A stretch of DNA of 64,000 nucleotides from Leptolyngbyaceae cyanobacterium (GTDB lineage Bacteria; Cyanobacteriota; Cyanobacteriia; Phormidesmidales; Phormidesmidaceae). Below, in pieces: positions 19,874 to 29,131 of the stretch. A model generated the notes under the pieces. The model was not told the origin of the DNA. It was given only the letters and a program-made list of their open reading frames with translations, and did no database searches. Within the stretch, counting starts at the first letter, position 1; each line of letters starts with the position of its first letter. Position numbers and translations under genes: made by a program. The stretch covers positions 96,001 to 160,000 of the forward strand of contig CBDHHL010000049.1 of assembly GCA_965263355.1 (NCBI GenBank), written 5' to 3'.

Positions 19874-21700
19874 ATGACCACTATGCAATGTACTGAAACC
19901 TACGATGTTGTGATTATGGGGGCAGGATTTGCGGGTCTTTGTCAGGCTCGGCATCTCATGCTCAAAATTCCGAACATTAAGATTGCCCTGGTTGATCCGC
20001 GTTCTCCAGAAAGAAGTCCTGAGAAAGATTTGAAGATTGGAGAATCAACGGTGGAAGTTGCGGCGTTGTTTCTCGCTAAGGAACTGGGGCTATACGAATA
20101 TTTGGTAGAAAAACAAGTGCCAAAATTTGGCCTAAATTTTCACTGGCCGAAGACGCCTAAAAACACCCAGAAAATCGACGATTACTATCATATTTGGACC
20201 AATCGCCAGCCAGAAATTGCATCTTTCCAGGTGGATCGGTCTGAATTTGAACAGGACCTGCTCAAGATGAATATTGAGCAGGGTGCCCACTTTATTAATG
20301 GTCGGGTGGTCGATATCGATTTACCCCAGGGAGATGGCATTAATACCGTTAAAGTTCGGGCAAATGGTGAAATCCGAGACCTGAAAGCCAAGCATGTGAT
20401 TGATGCTGCTGGACGTAAGTTTTTGATTGGTAAAAAGACAGATAATCTGTTGTTTGGTCCCGAAAACCTCTACGGATTAAACAATGGCGCAGCCTGGGTC
20501 AGGGTAAAAAATGTTGACCGTGATCTTTTCCACGATGGCTACGATCCGGAGAATACTTCTGTCAGTCATTACTATGCCACCAATCACTACTTTGGTCATG
20601 GCCATTGGCTATGGATGATCCCCATCGACACAGAGAACCAACAACTGTCCATTGGGGTAATGCACCACCATGATGTGCTGGCGGCAAACCAGGTTAACAA
20701 GCAAGAGAAGTTCCTGGCGTTTTTGAAGGCCAATCATACGGTTTTGTACGATCTTATTAAAAGTGGTGAAACCGTTGACTTTCACTATTGGCCCAGGGCT
20801 GCCCACAAATCAAAGACAATGTTCTCCGAAGATAACTGGTATGTGATCGGGGATGCGGCCTGTATCTTTGATGCCTTTTATTCCCAGGGGTCCACGTTAA
20901 CCACCTTTGCCATTGAAGGGGCCACGGAGATTATTCGCTCAAAGCTGGCCCAGGAACCCGATGCTGAGCAAAAACGCGTTGCCTACAACAGCTTTACTCT
21001 GGGATATAACGACTTAGTCAACAGTCTTTATCGCGATCATGACAAACAGCTAGGTGATGCCAGCATTATGAGCTGGCGCATTTACTTTGAATACATTTGG
21101 TGGTTCGGTGTGGTGGTGCCGCTGTATATCGGCAAGTGGCATTTGGACATCGACGTTTGCAACAGAACCGTGAAGATCTTTAACGGTCTATCGAAGCTAT
21201 GGTTCGATGTGTACGATCAGTTTAATGAACTGATTGAGAAACAAGTCAATCTTGGGTTTTTGGACTGTTATCGGGCCGATCAATTAATTTTTGGCTATAC
21301 CACGGCTAAGCATTTTGACGATTTCACTCAGAATGCTAAGTATGAGCCCTTCCGAGTGAATGTGTTTGGCAGTTTGAAGAATGCCTGTTTTTATGCGATC
21401 GCATGGTTAATTAAGTTCAAATGGAAAGGCTTTGGCTTAGCAGGATTGCTCAGCCCTAAAACCATTGGCAATATTGCTTGGGTCTCATCGATTATGGGGC
21501 TAGCCGCTATGGGGGAAATTGTTTTCAAGATTAAAACCATGGGCACCCCTGACAATAGCGACATTGAGCAAATGCGCAAAGAGTTCAAGAGCTATCAGTA
21601 TATCCCTGAACTCCAACCCTCGCTCTTTGAAAAACGTAAGCCTGAAGAGTTATCTGCAGGGGCTGAAAACATCTCTTCAGCAGAACTGGTTAGGAATTAA
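19874..21700 (+). CDS. Flavin-dependent halogenase 1
   Basis: GAGFAG FAD motif, KIGES with the catalytic-type Lys, WLWMIP (WxWxIP) and GDAA..FDAFYSxG. Confidence 0.85.
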   Translation: MTTMQCTETYDVVIMGAGFAGLCQARHLMLKIPNIKIALVDPRSPERSPEKDLKIGESTVEVAALFLAKELGLYEYLVEKQVPKFGLNFHWPKTPKNTQKIDDYYHIWTNRQPEIASFQVDRSEFEQDLLKMNIEQGAHFINGRVVDIDLPQGDGINTVKVRANGEIRDLKAKHVIDAAGRKFLIGKKTDNLLFGPENLYGLNNGAAWVRVKNVDRDLFHDGYDPENTSVSHYYATNHYFGHGHWLWMIPIDTENQQLSIGVMHHHDVLAANQVNKQEKFLAFLKANHTVLYDLIKSGETVDFHYWPRAAHKSKTMFSEDNWYVIGDAACIFDAFYSQGSTLTTFAIEGATEIIRSKLAQEPDAEQKRVAYNSFTLGYNDLVNSLYRDHDKQLGDASIMSWRIYFEYIWWFGVVVPLYIGKWHLDIDVCNRTVKIFNGLSKLWFDVYDQFNELIEKQVNLGFLDCYRADQLIFGYTTAKHFDDFTQNAKYEPFRVNVFGSLKNACFYAIAWLIKFKWKGFGLAGLLSPKTIGNIAWVSSIMGLAAMGEIVFKIKTMGTPDNSDIEQMRKEFKSYQYIPELQPSLFEKRKPEELSAGAENISSAELVRN

Positions 21701-21824
21701 TTCACACTTGCACCTGCTTGCAGGCTAGCCGGTTCAAACCCATCGTTTTCAAGTTTTTCATCTTGTTTTCAAATAAACTTCCGTCGTTAAACATTTCACT
21801 TTCTATCGAGGGAAATCTCAAACT

Positions 21825-23666
21825 ATGACCAGCACGTTAATGCGAGAGACAACATATCACGAGACTAAAAACCATAACTACGACGTGGTGATCATAGGGG
21901 CAGGGTTTGCTGGTCTTTGTCAGGCTCGTCACCTGATGCTCAATATTCCTAATCTCAAGATTGCCCTCATCGATCCTCGCCCCATTGAGCGAGGTGATAA
22001 GGACCTCAAAATTGGTGAATCTACCATTGAAATTGCCGCCTTGTTTTTGAGTAAGGAACTGGGTCTGTATGAATATCTGGTGGAAAACCATGTTCCCAAA
22101 ATCGGCTTGAATTTCCACTGGCCAAAGGAGGGCGACAAGACCGAAAAACTTGAGGACTACTATCACATCTGGTCTAACCGTCAGGTATCGATTCCAGCGT
22201 TTCAAATGAATCGAGCTAAGTTAGAGCGTGATTTACTCAAGATGAATCAAGAGATGGGGGTAACATTCTATAACGGTCGCGCCAAAGATGTTGATCTTAC
22301 CCCTGGCGATGCAACTAAGCAGGTCACGGTGAAACTCAAGGGTGAAGAGGTTACCCTCAACTGTAAGCATGTGATCGATGCAGCCGGTCGTAACTTTATC
22401 ATTGGCCGTAAGAAAGATAACGTACTGTCTGGCCCAGAGAATCTCTTAGGTCTGAATAATGGCTCTGCTTGGATGCGGGTTAAAGGCGTAGATCGCTCTA
22501 TTTTTCATGACGGGTACGACCCCAACAATGCCTCCACCAGTCACTATTACGCCACCAATCACTACTTTGGCCATGGTCACTGGCTATGGATGATTCCCAC
22601 CGATAGCAAGACCATGGAAGTGTCCATCGGCATGATGCACCACCACGATCAGCTGCCCGCTGAAGAGGTTAGGACCCAGGAGAAGTTTACTAACTTCTTA
22701 AAGCACAACCACACGATGCTTTATAGGCTGATCGAAAGTGGCGAAGCCATTGACTTTAACTATCGTCCTAAGGTGGCCCACAAGAGTAAGGAGATGTTCT
22801 CCAAAGATAACTGGTATGTGATTGGAGACGCGGCCTATATCTTTGATGCGTTCTACTCCTACGGCACGTCCACGGTAGCGCTGGCGATTGAAAGTGTCAC
22901 CGAAATTATCCGCTCCAAGGTAGCTCAAGAACCCGAAACAGAAGCAAAGCGAGATGCCTTTAACAAGTTCAACCTGATCTTTGCCCTCACCGTTAACTAT
23001 CTCTATCGCGATCACGGTAAGCAGTTGGGCCATGCCAGTGTGATGAGCTGGCGCATCTATTGGGAATATATGTGGTGGTTCGGCATGATGGTGCCCATGT
23101 ATGTCGGTAAGTGGCATATTGACCAAACCTTTATTGACATTTTCTTAGGCATCAACAAGAAAATTGACGGCATGTTCTCCCATATCAACAAGCAGTTCAA
23201 TGAACTGGTGGAACGGGATGCCAACCTGGGGTTAATGGATTGTTATCGGGCAGACCAGCTGATCTGGGGCTACTATACTCCCAAACAGTTTGATAATTAT
23301 CTGGCCAATACAAAGCTGGAACCCCTTCACTGTAATGTCTTTGCCTGCATCAAAAACACCTGTTTCTTTGTGGCAGTGTGGTACGCCAAGTTCCTTTGGA
23401 AGGGCTTTGGTCTCAAGGGCGTGCTGAACCCTAAAAACCTTTACTATCTGATGGTGCTGATGGGCTTTACCATTCAGTCGGCGATTGGTGAGATGGTCTA
23501 CAAGTTTAAGACTAGAGGTCTTTCCAACAATAGTCAGATTACTCAGATGCGTGAGGAGTTTAAGTCTTATCAATACAAGCCTGAACTCCGCTCCTGGATG
23601 ACAGATGTGGCTGCCAAAACTCAGACGATGGCAGACAAAGAATCTGCAGAATACGCGTTCAAATAA
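21825..23666 (+). CDS. Flavin-dependent halogenase 2
   Basis: Same motifs as halogenase 1; close paralogue. Confidence 0.85.
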   Translation: MTSTLMRETTYHETKNHNYDVVIIGAGFAGLCQARHLMLNIPNLKIALIDPRPIERGDKDLKIGESTIEIAALFLSKELGLYEYLVENHVPKIGLNFHWPKEGDKTEKLEDYYHIWSNRQVSIPAFQMNRAKLERDLLKMNQEMGVTFYNGRAKDVDLTPGDATKQVTVKLKGEEVTLNCKHVIDAAGRNFIIGRKKDNVLSGPENLLGLNNGSAWMRVKGVDRSIFHDGYDPNNASTSHYYATNHYFGHGHWLWMIPTDSKTMEVSIGMMHHHDQLPAEEVRTQEKFTNFLKHNHTMLYRLIESGEAIDFNYRPKVAHKSKEMFSKDNWYVIGDAAYIFDAFYSYGTSTVALAIESVTEIIRSKVAQEPETEAKRDAFNKFNLIFALTVNYLYRDHGKQLGHASVMSWRIYWEYMWWFGMMVPMYVGKWHIDQTFIDIFLGINKKIDGMFSHINKQFNELVERDANLGLMDCYRADQLIWGYYTPKQFDNYLANTKLEPLHCNVFACIKNTCFFVAVWYAKFLWKGFGLKGVLNPKNLYYLMVLMGFTIQSAIGEMVYKFKTRGLSNNSQITQMREEFKSYQYKPELRSWMTDVAAKTQTMADKESAEYAFK

Positions 23667-23707
23667 GCCCTTTTTATACCACTAATACCGATTCCCTAGA
23701 CAACTCC

Positions 23708-25492
23708 ATGAATACAACACCAGTACTTGAGAAACCCTCTACTAAACCGGGCCAACATGATTACGATGTAGTCATCATGGGCGCAGGCTTTGCCGGAATT
23801 TGTCAGGCTAGACATCTGGCCCTCAATATTCCTAACATCAAAGTTGCTCTCGTTGACTTTCGCCCCGAGGAGAGAGACGTCAAGGATATGAAAATTGGCG
23901 AATCCATGGTGGAAGTTGCCGCTCTTTTTGTTTGTAAAGAGCTGGGTCTGCATGAGTACATGATCGAAAATCACACCCCTAAGGCAGGGCTTAATTTCCA
24001 CTGGCCCAAGGAACCAGAAGATACGGACCAGCTGGATGATTATTACCATGTTTGGTCCAATCGTCAGACTGCGATCGCATCTTTCCATATGAACCGGGCC
24101 AAATTTGAGCGCGATGTGCTGGCCATGACCCGCGAGATGGGTGTAGACTTTTACAACGGTCGCGTCATAGATGTGGAGTTGCCCGCAGGCGACAGTCTTA
24201 ACACCGTTAAAGTGAAGCTTAACGGTGAGTTGATGGCACTTACTGCCAAGCATGTAGTGGATGCTGCGGGTCGACAATGCATGATAGGCAAGAAAAAAGA
24301 CAATGTGATTAGCGATCCTGAAAATTTATATGGCCTCAAAACAGGATCTGCTTGGGTTCGGGTCAAGAATATTGACCGTAAGCTGTTTGACGAAGGATAT
24401 AATCCTGACCGTGCCACTAGCAGCAGTTACTATGCCACCAATCACTTCTTTGGTCAGGGGCACTGGCTGTGGATGATTCCCACCGATCGCGAATCGATGG
24501 AACTTTCCATTGGCATCATCCATCACCATGATGTGATTCCATCTAATTCAATTAATTCCAAAGAAAAGTTTTACGCGTTTCTAAAGTCCAATCACAAGAT
24601 TCTTTCCAATTTAGTAGAATCCGGTGAAGACATTGATTTCCGTTATCGTCGTAGCATTGCCTACAAGAGTAAGGAAATGTTCTCTCCCGATAACTGGTAT
24701 GTACTAGGGGATGCTGCTTACATCTTTGATGCTTTTTACTCCTATGGCACCACCACCGTTGCCTTTGCAGTAGAAGGTGTCACCGAAATTATCCGGGCCA
24801 AGCTAGCGGGCGAATCTGACGCTGAGACCAAGCGTGATGCCTACAATAAATTTAATCTCGCCTACGCCGAAAATGTAAACCACCTGATCCGCTACCATGA
24901 CAAGCAACTGGGGCATGCCAGTGTGATGAGCTGGCGGGTTTACTTTGAGTATATGTGGTGGTTTGGTGTCCATGTACCGATGTATGTGGGTAAGTGGCAC
25001 CTCAATCTTACCTTTGTCAACAAGTTCCTGAAGCTGTTGCCAGCCAATATGAAGGGACTGTTTGTTGATGTGTATGGACAGTTTAATCAGATTGTGGATC
25101 GCGGTGGCAATATTGGCTTAATGGATGCTTATCGGGCCGATCAGCTCATTGGTGATTATAGTCCCCTGAATCACTTCGATCATTTTTTGGAGAATTCAAA
25201 GCTTGAACCATTACGCTGTAATGTCTTTGCGGGCATGAAGCATGCCTACTTCTTTATTGCCATTTGGTATTTGAAGTTCCAATGGATGGGCTTTGGTCTG
25301 CTAGGGGTGCTACATCCCCGCCATGTATACCATTTCTTCCGTCTGTTGAGTCTGTCATTCCAGGCAATTATTGGTGAGAAAATCTATCAGTCCAAGACCA
25401 AGCACTTGCCTGAAAATACAGATACCGAGAAAATGCGCGAGGAATTTAAACAGTATACGTATCAACCAGTCTGGCAGTCTGGTAAGGGATAA
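23708..25492 (+). CDS. Flavin-dependent halogenase 3
   Basis: Same motifs as halogenase 1; close paralogue. Confidence 0.85.
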   Translation: MNTTPVLEKPSTKPGQHDYDVVIMGAGFAGICQARHLALNIPNIKVALVDFRPEERDVKDMKIGESMVEVAALFVCKELGLHEYMIENHTPKAGLNFHWPKEPEDTDQLDDYYHVWSNRQTAIASFHMNRAKFERDVLAMTREMGVDFYNGRVIDVELPAGDSLNTVKVKLNGELMALTAKHVVDAAGRQCMIGKKKDNVISDPENLYGLKTGSAWVRVKNIDRKLFDEGYNPDRATSSSYYATNHFFGQGHWLWMIPTDRESMELSIGIIHHHDVIPSNSINSKEKFYAFLKSNHKILSNLVESGEDIDFRYRRSIAYKSKEMFSPDNWYVLGDAAYIFDAFYSYGTTTVAFAVEGVTEIIRAKLAGESDAETKRDAYNKFNLAYAENVNHLIRYHDKQLGHASVMSWRVYFEYMWWFGVHVPMYVGKWHLNLTFVNKFLKLLPANMKGLFVDVYGQFNQIVDRGGNIGLMDAYRADQLIGDYSPLNHFDHFLENSKLEPLRCNVFAGMKHAYFFIAIWYLKFQWMGFGLLGVLHPRHVYHFFRLLSLSFQAIIGEKIYQSKTKHLPENTDTEKMREEFKQYTYQPVWQSGKG

Positions 25493-25533
25493 ATCAACCA
25501 TTTTTTGCTAGAACAGACCTAATTTATCCTAGG

Positions 25534-25581
25534 ATGCGATCGCACCTTTTCTGTTAATACGGGAAGGTGCGATCGCGTTTA
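25534..25581 (+). terminator. Long hairpin after the halogenase operon, with HIP1 octamers in both arms
   Basis: ATGCGATCGCACCTTTTCTGT-taat-ACGGGAAGGTGCGATCGCGT, followed by a few T. Confidence 0.6.
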
Positions 25582-26032
25582 AATTCCATACAATCTAAAA
25601 AGAGAATCATTGTAATACAACCTTTGGAAACAAAATATTACTATACCTAAATCTTCCTTACAGTATAGAAGTAACTTAATTAAATAAGAGTCTTAAAGCG
25701 CTCATTCAATTAATCTGTTGATTTGTATTGTTATCTTTATAAGATTTCTAAAACCATATAAGAGTTTGACAAAGAACTCTCTTTCATTCTGCTGTAACGA
25801 CCAAAACAATATTAGAGTTCAATTGGCTGAGCATCATAAATTACCTGGGTAATCAGGTATGACCAAAATTGAGTGTAGGGTAGTGTGTTGACACTCCTCA
25901 GCTATGGGGGATTCAAGTCATAGTGATTTACCACCCAAGAGCTTCACCTGACCCCTTTCAACCGTTATTGGGATAGGTCTGGCCCTATTAGGGTGTTGTT
26001 GACACAACAAACCTTTATTCTTTGCTAACTTC

Positions 26033-28990
26033 ATGACAACCAATAATATCGTCACTCCAGGAGTATCAAACCCCCTTAGCATTGCCTTTGTCGATGGTAA
26101 TGTCGCCCAGGCAGATGAACTCTTAGCCAGTCTGCAGACCGACAAAGTGTTCCTGTTAAATGACCAGTCCAGTGGGATTGATCAAATTACCCAGACTCTT
26201 GCAGATTATACAAACCTAGAAAGTGTTCATATCGTTTCCCATGGTAGCCAGGGAGCACTCCAGCTGGGTAACAGTATTTTTAGTCAGACCAATCTAACTG
26301 AGTACCAAGCAGACTTAGAAAGCTGGCAAACTGCCTTCTCTGACCATGGCGATCTATTGTTTTATGGCTGTAATCTAGCCGCTGCTGACGCCACGTTTGT
26401 CAACCAAATTAGTCAACTCACCCAGACCGATGTCGCCGCATCCAATGACTTGACAGGCACTGGCGGTGACTGGGACTTAGAAGTCACCACCGGTAGCATT
26501 GAAGCCACCATTGGCCTGAGTGCAGCCGCCCAAACAGCTTACCAGGGACAATTAAACCTATTGATTGAGGGCAGCACGGGCACGATTGACATCCTCAACG
26601 GCACTGCAGGCGCTGATATGTTTGTGCTTGGGGATGAAACCGGTAGCCTCTATGCCCAACATGAATACGGTGACTATGCCGACATTCTTAACTTCTCTGC
26701 CGGGGAAGATACCATTCTCCTCGCTGGCTCCATTGACGATTACACCCTTAAAACAGAAGGCAATAATACCTGGATCTTTGTCGGCGATGCCTACAGCTCA
26801 GAACTGGTAGCAGATGTCTTTAATGCTTCTATCGATGAGGTCACTAGCAACCTTGCCTTTGTCGAGGCTAGCGGTGCTGATCCAGACCCTACGCCCAATC
26901 CAGACCCTACACCCGATCCTGGCGACTTAACCTTAATTAAGGGCAGCACGGGTACGATTGACATCCTCAACGGCACTGCAGGCGCTGATATGTTTGTGCT
27001 TGGGGATGAAACCGGTAGCCTCTATGCCCAACATGAATACAGTGACTATGCCGACATTCTTAACTTCTCTGCCGGGGAAGATACCATTCTCCTCGCTGGC
27101 TCCATTGACGATTACACCCTCAAAACAGAAGGCAATAATACCTGGATCTTTGTCGGCGATGCCTACAGCTCAGAACTGGTAGCAGATGTTTTCAACGCAT
27201 CCGTGGATCAGGTGATTAACAGTCTTACCTTTATTGGCGATACACCTACCCAGCCAGAGGGGACAACTATTGATTTCTCCAATGCGATCACCATTAATGT
27301 TGGGTTTGACCCAACTAACAATAATCCCGCCTTTACAACGGTGATCACAGGTACCAGTCAATTTGCTTTTGGCGCTCCTCAAGATGCCATCATCAACGAC
27401 CCGTTACTGGGCAGCGTTGGCACCGTTGACGGCAATGGTGATGTGATCTTGAGTGAGATTGTTAGCTCAGTCTCTGAAGGACCCGGATTTGCAGGCGCAG
27501 ATATCAGCGTTACCATTGGTGACGGCACCCCCGATCTTATCTTTGAACCCGGCAGTGCAGAGCTGTCATCTGTCACATTAGAGTCTGGCGGAGCCGTTGT
27601 TGAAGATACTGATGGGCTTAAAGCGTTTTACCAGATTTCCTTACAAATCCAGGATGCCCCCAATGGCACCCTGCGTAATCTGAATCCGATTACCGTCGAA
27701 AGTGATTTTATTGGACCGATCTCTTCCTTCGACCAGTTGGATTCTTTCGACCAGCTAAATCTACAATTTTCCACCAATGCTGTAGTGCCTCTATTTGCAG
27801 CTGGACCTGACGGTGTCTTTTGGACCGGGGATGAAGTTGTTGCCGCTAAATTAGTTCCTGGAGTTGATGGTAAGTCCCTAACGGTCAATCTGCAATCACC
27901 CTCCACTGAGCCTCCGGTTGGCACCTCCAATGGCATCATAAATGGTTCCTTTGAAGCTAACCAAATTAACCGTAGGCAGAAAATGGTGGATGCGTCGCAG
28001 GTTGATGGCTGGAAATCCCTTAACGGTGAGCCTCTTGAGATCTGGAGAAGCGGTTTCAATGGTGTTGAATCAGACAACGGGTCTCAGCATCTGGAATTAG
28101 ATGCTGACAAAGGCAAGATCGACGGCATCTATCAGGATGTTCAAACAGCAGCCGGTCAGATCTATGAGCTGACCTTTACCGTCCGTTCTCGCGGTGAACA
28201 CTTCAATTCTAACGATGAAGCCGTTGTTGTGGAATGGAATGGCCAGAAGTTGAAAGTCGATGGCTTCAGAGCTGAAAAAGCCGGTGAGTGGAGCACCATC
28301 ACGGCTAGAGTGATCGGTACTGGCGGCATGGATCGTCTGTTGTTCCGTGAGTCGACGTCTTACGGTGCCAACGATAGCACTGGTCCATTCCTAGACAACA
28401 TTACCCTACGGGCCATCGCTCAGCTTAACCTACCCACCCCACCTGGATTTAATGCCGTATTTGGTGGCCCCGGTAATGATCAGCTAAGCACCAGCGAAGG
28501 GAATGACTTTGTTCTTGGAGACGATGGAGACGATATCTTATCTGGCAACGGTGGTGTCGATCTGCTCCAGGGTGAAGCCGGTAACGATATCTTAAATGGC
28601 GGCAATCAAAACGATCAGCTCAATGGTGGTATTGGCAACGACACTCTCAACGGCGGACACGGCAACGACCAATTGCTCGGTGGAGAGGGCAATGATTTGC
28701 TGAGCGGTGATCGTGGCGATGATCAACTCGACGGTGGAGCCGGTGATGATGTCGCTGTATTCCGTGGGGTTAAGGTTGTTGTTCGTCAAGACGATGGCCA
28801 AATCGGTGTCCAAAGTAAAGATGGTGAAGATGTATTGTCCAATATCGAATATATCGAATCGAACGGTACACGGTACACGGTTGACGAAGCACTGAAAAAG
28901 TTTGCGCTGCCCACTCCCACCAAGCCTGTCTACCAGACAATTGGGGGCATTATTTGGGCTCCATTCAAGTTAATCGGATCAATTTTCTAA
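26033..28990 (+). CDS. Secreted DUF4347 + duplicated module + carbohydrate-binding-like (DUF642-type) + RTX Ca-binding protein
   Basis: [17 protein letters not shown] and GGDWDLE (DUF4347); INGSFE...GPFLDNI domain; many GGxGNDxL nonapeptides. Confidence 0.85.
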   Translation: MTTNNIVTPGVSNPLSIAFVDGNVAQADELLASLQTDKVFLLNDQSSGIDQITQTLADYTNLESVHIVSHGSQGALQLGNSIFSQTNLTEYQADLESWQTAFSDHGDLLFYGCNLAAADATFVNQISQLTQTDVAASNDLTGTGGDWDLEVTTGSIEATIGLSAAAQTAYQGQLNLLIEGSTGTIDILNGTAGADMFVLGDETGSLYAQHEYGDYADILNFSAGEDTILLAGSIDDYTLKTEGNNTWIFVGDAYSSELVADVFNASIDEVTSNLAFVEASGADPDPTPNPDPTPDPGDLTLIKGSTGTIDILNGTAGADMFVLGDETGSLYAQHEYSDYADILNFSAGEDTILLAGSIDDYTLKTEGNNTWIFVGDAYSSELVADVFNASVDQVINSLTFIGDTPTQPEGTTIDFSNAITINVGFDPTNNNPAFTTVITGTSQFAFGAPQDAIINDPLLGSVGTVDGNGDVILSEIVSSVSEGPGFAGADISVTIGDGTPDLIFEPGSAELSSVTLESGGAVVEDTDGLKAFYQISLQIQDAPNGTLRNLNPITVESDFIGPISSFDQLDSFDQLNLQFSTNAVVPLFAAGPDGVFWTGDEVVAAKLVPGVDGKSLTVNLQSPSTEPPVGTSNGIINGSFEANQINRRQKMVDASQVDGWKSLNGEPLEIWRSGFNGVESDNGSQHLELDADKGKIDGIYQDVQTAAGQIYELTFTVRSRGEHFNSNDEAVVVEWNGQKLKVDGFRAEKAGEWSTITARVIGTGGMDRLLFRESTSYGANDSTGPFLDNITLRAIAQLNLPTPPGFNAVFGGPGNDQLSTSEGNDFVLGDDGDDILSGNGGVDLLQGEAGNDILNGGNQNDQLNGGIGNDTLNGGHGNDQLLGGEGNDLLSGDRGDDQLDGGAGDDVAVFRGVKVVVRQDDGQIGVQSKDGEDVLSNIEYIESNGTRYTVDEALKKFALPTPTKPVYQTIGGIIWAPFKLIGSIF
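26569..27205 (+). repeat. Near-identical internal duplication, 372-bp period
   Basis: GGGCAGCACGGGYACGATTGAC at 26569 and 26941; copies separated by a PDPTP linker. Confidence 0.9.
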
Positions 28991-29014
28991 AATATCCGAT
29001 TAATTTTTACATTC

Positions 29015-29053
29015 AAGCGATGGGTGAAACTTGTTCACCCATCGCTTCTTTTT
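29015..29053 (+). terminator. Rho-independent terminator
   Basis: AAGCGATGGGTGAA-acttg-TTCACCCATCGCTT followed by CTTTTT, between convergent genes. Confidence 0.85.
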
Positions 29054-29131
29054 GCGAACTATCCTCACCGGAATAGGTTTCTCGTTTATCCACTCACTAT
29101 TTCAACCCTAGTTTTTAATCTTGACGCGGCA

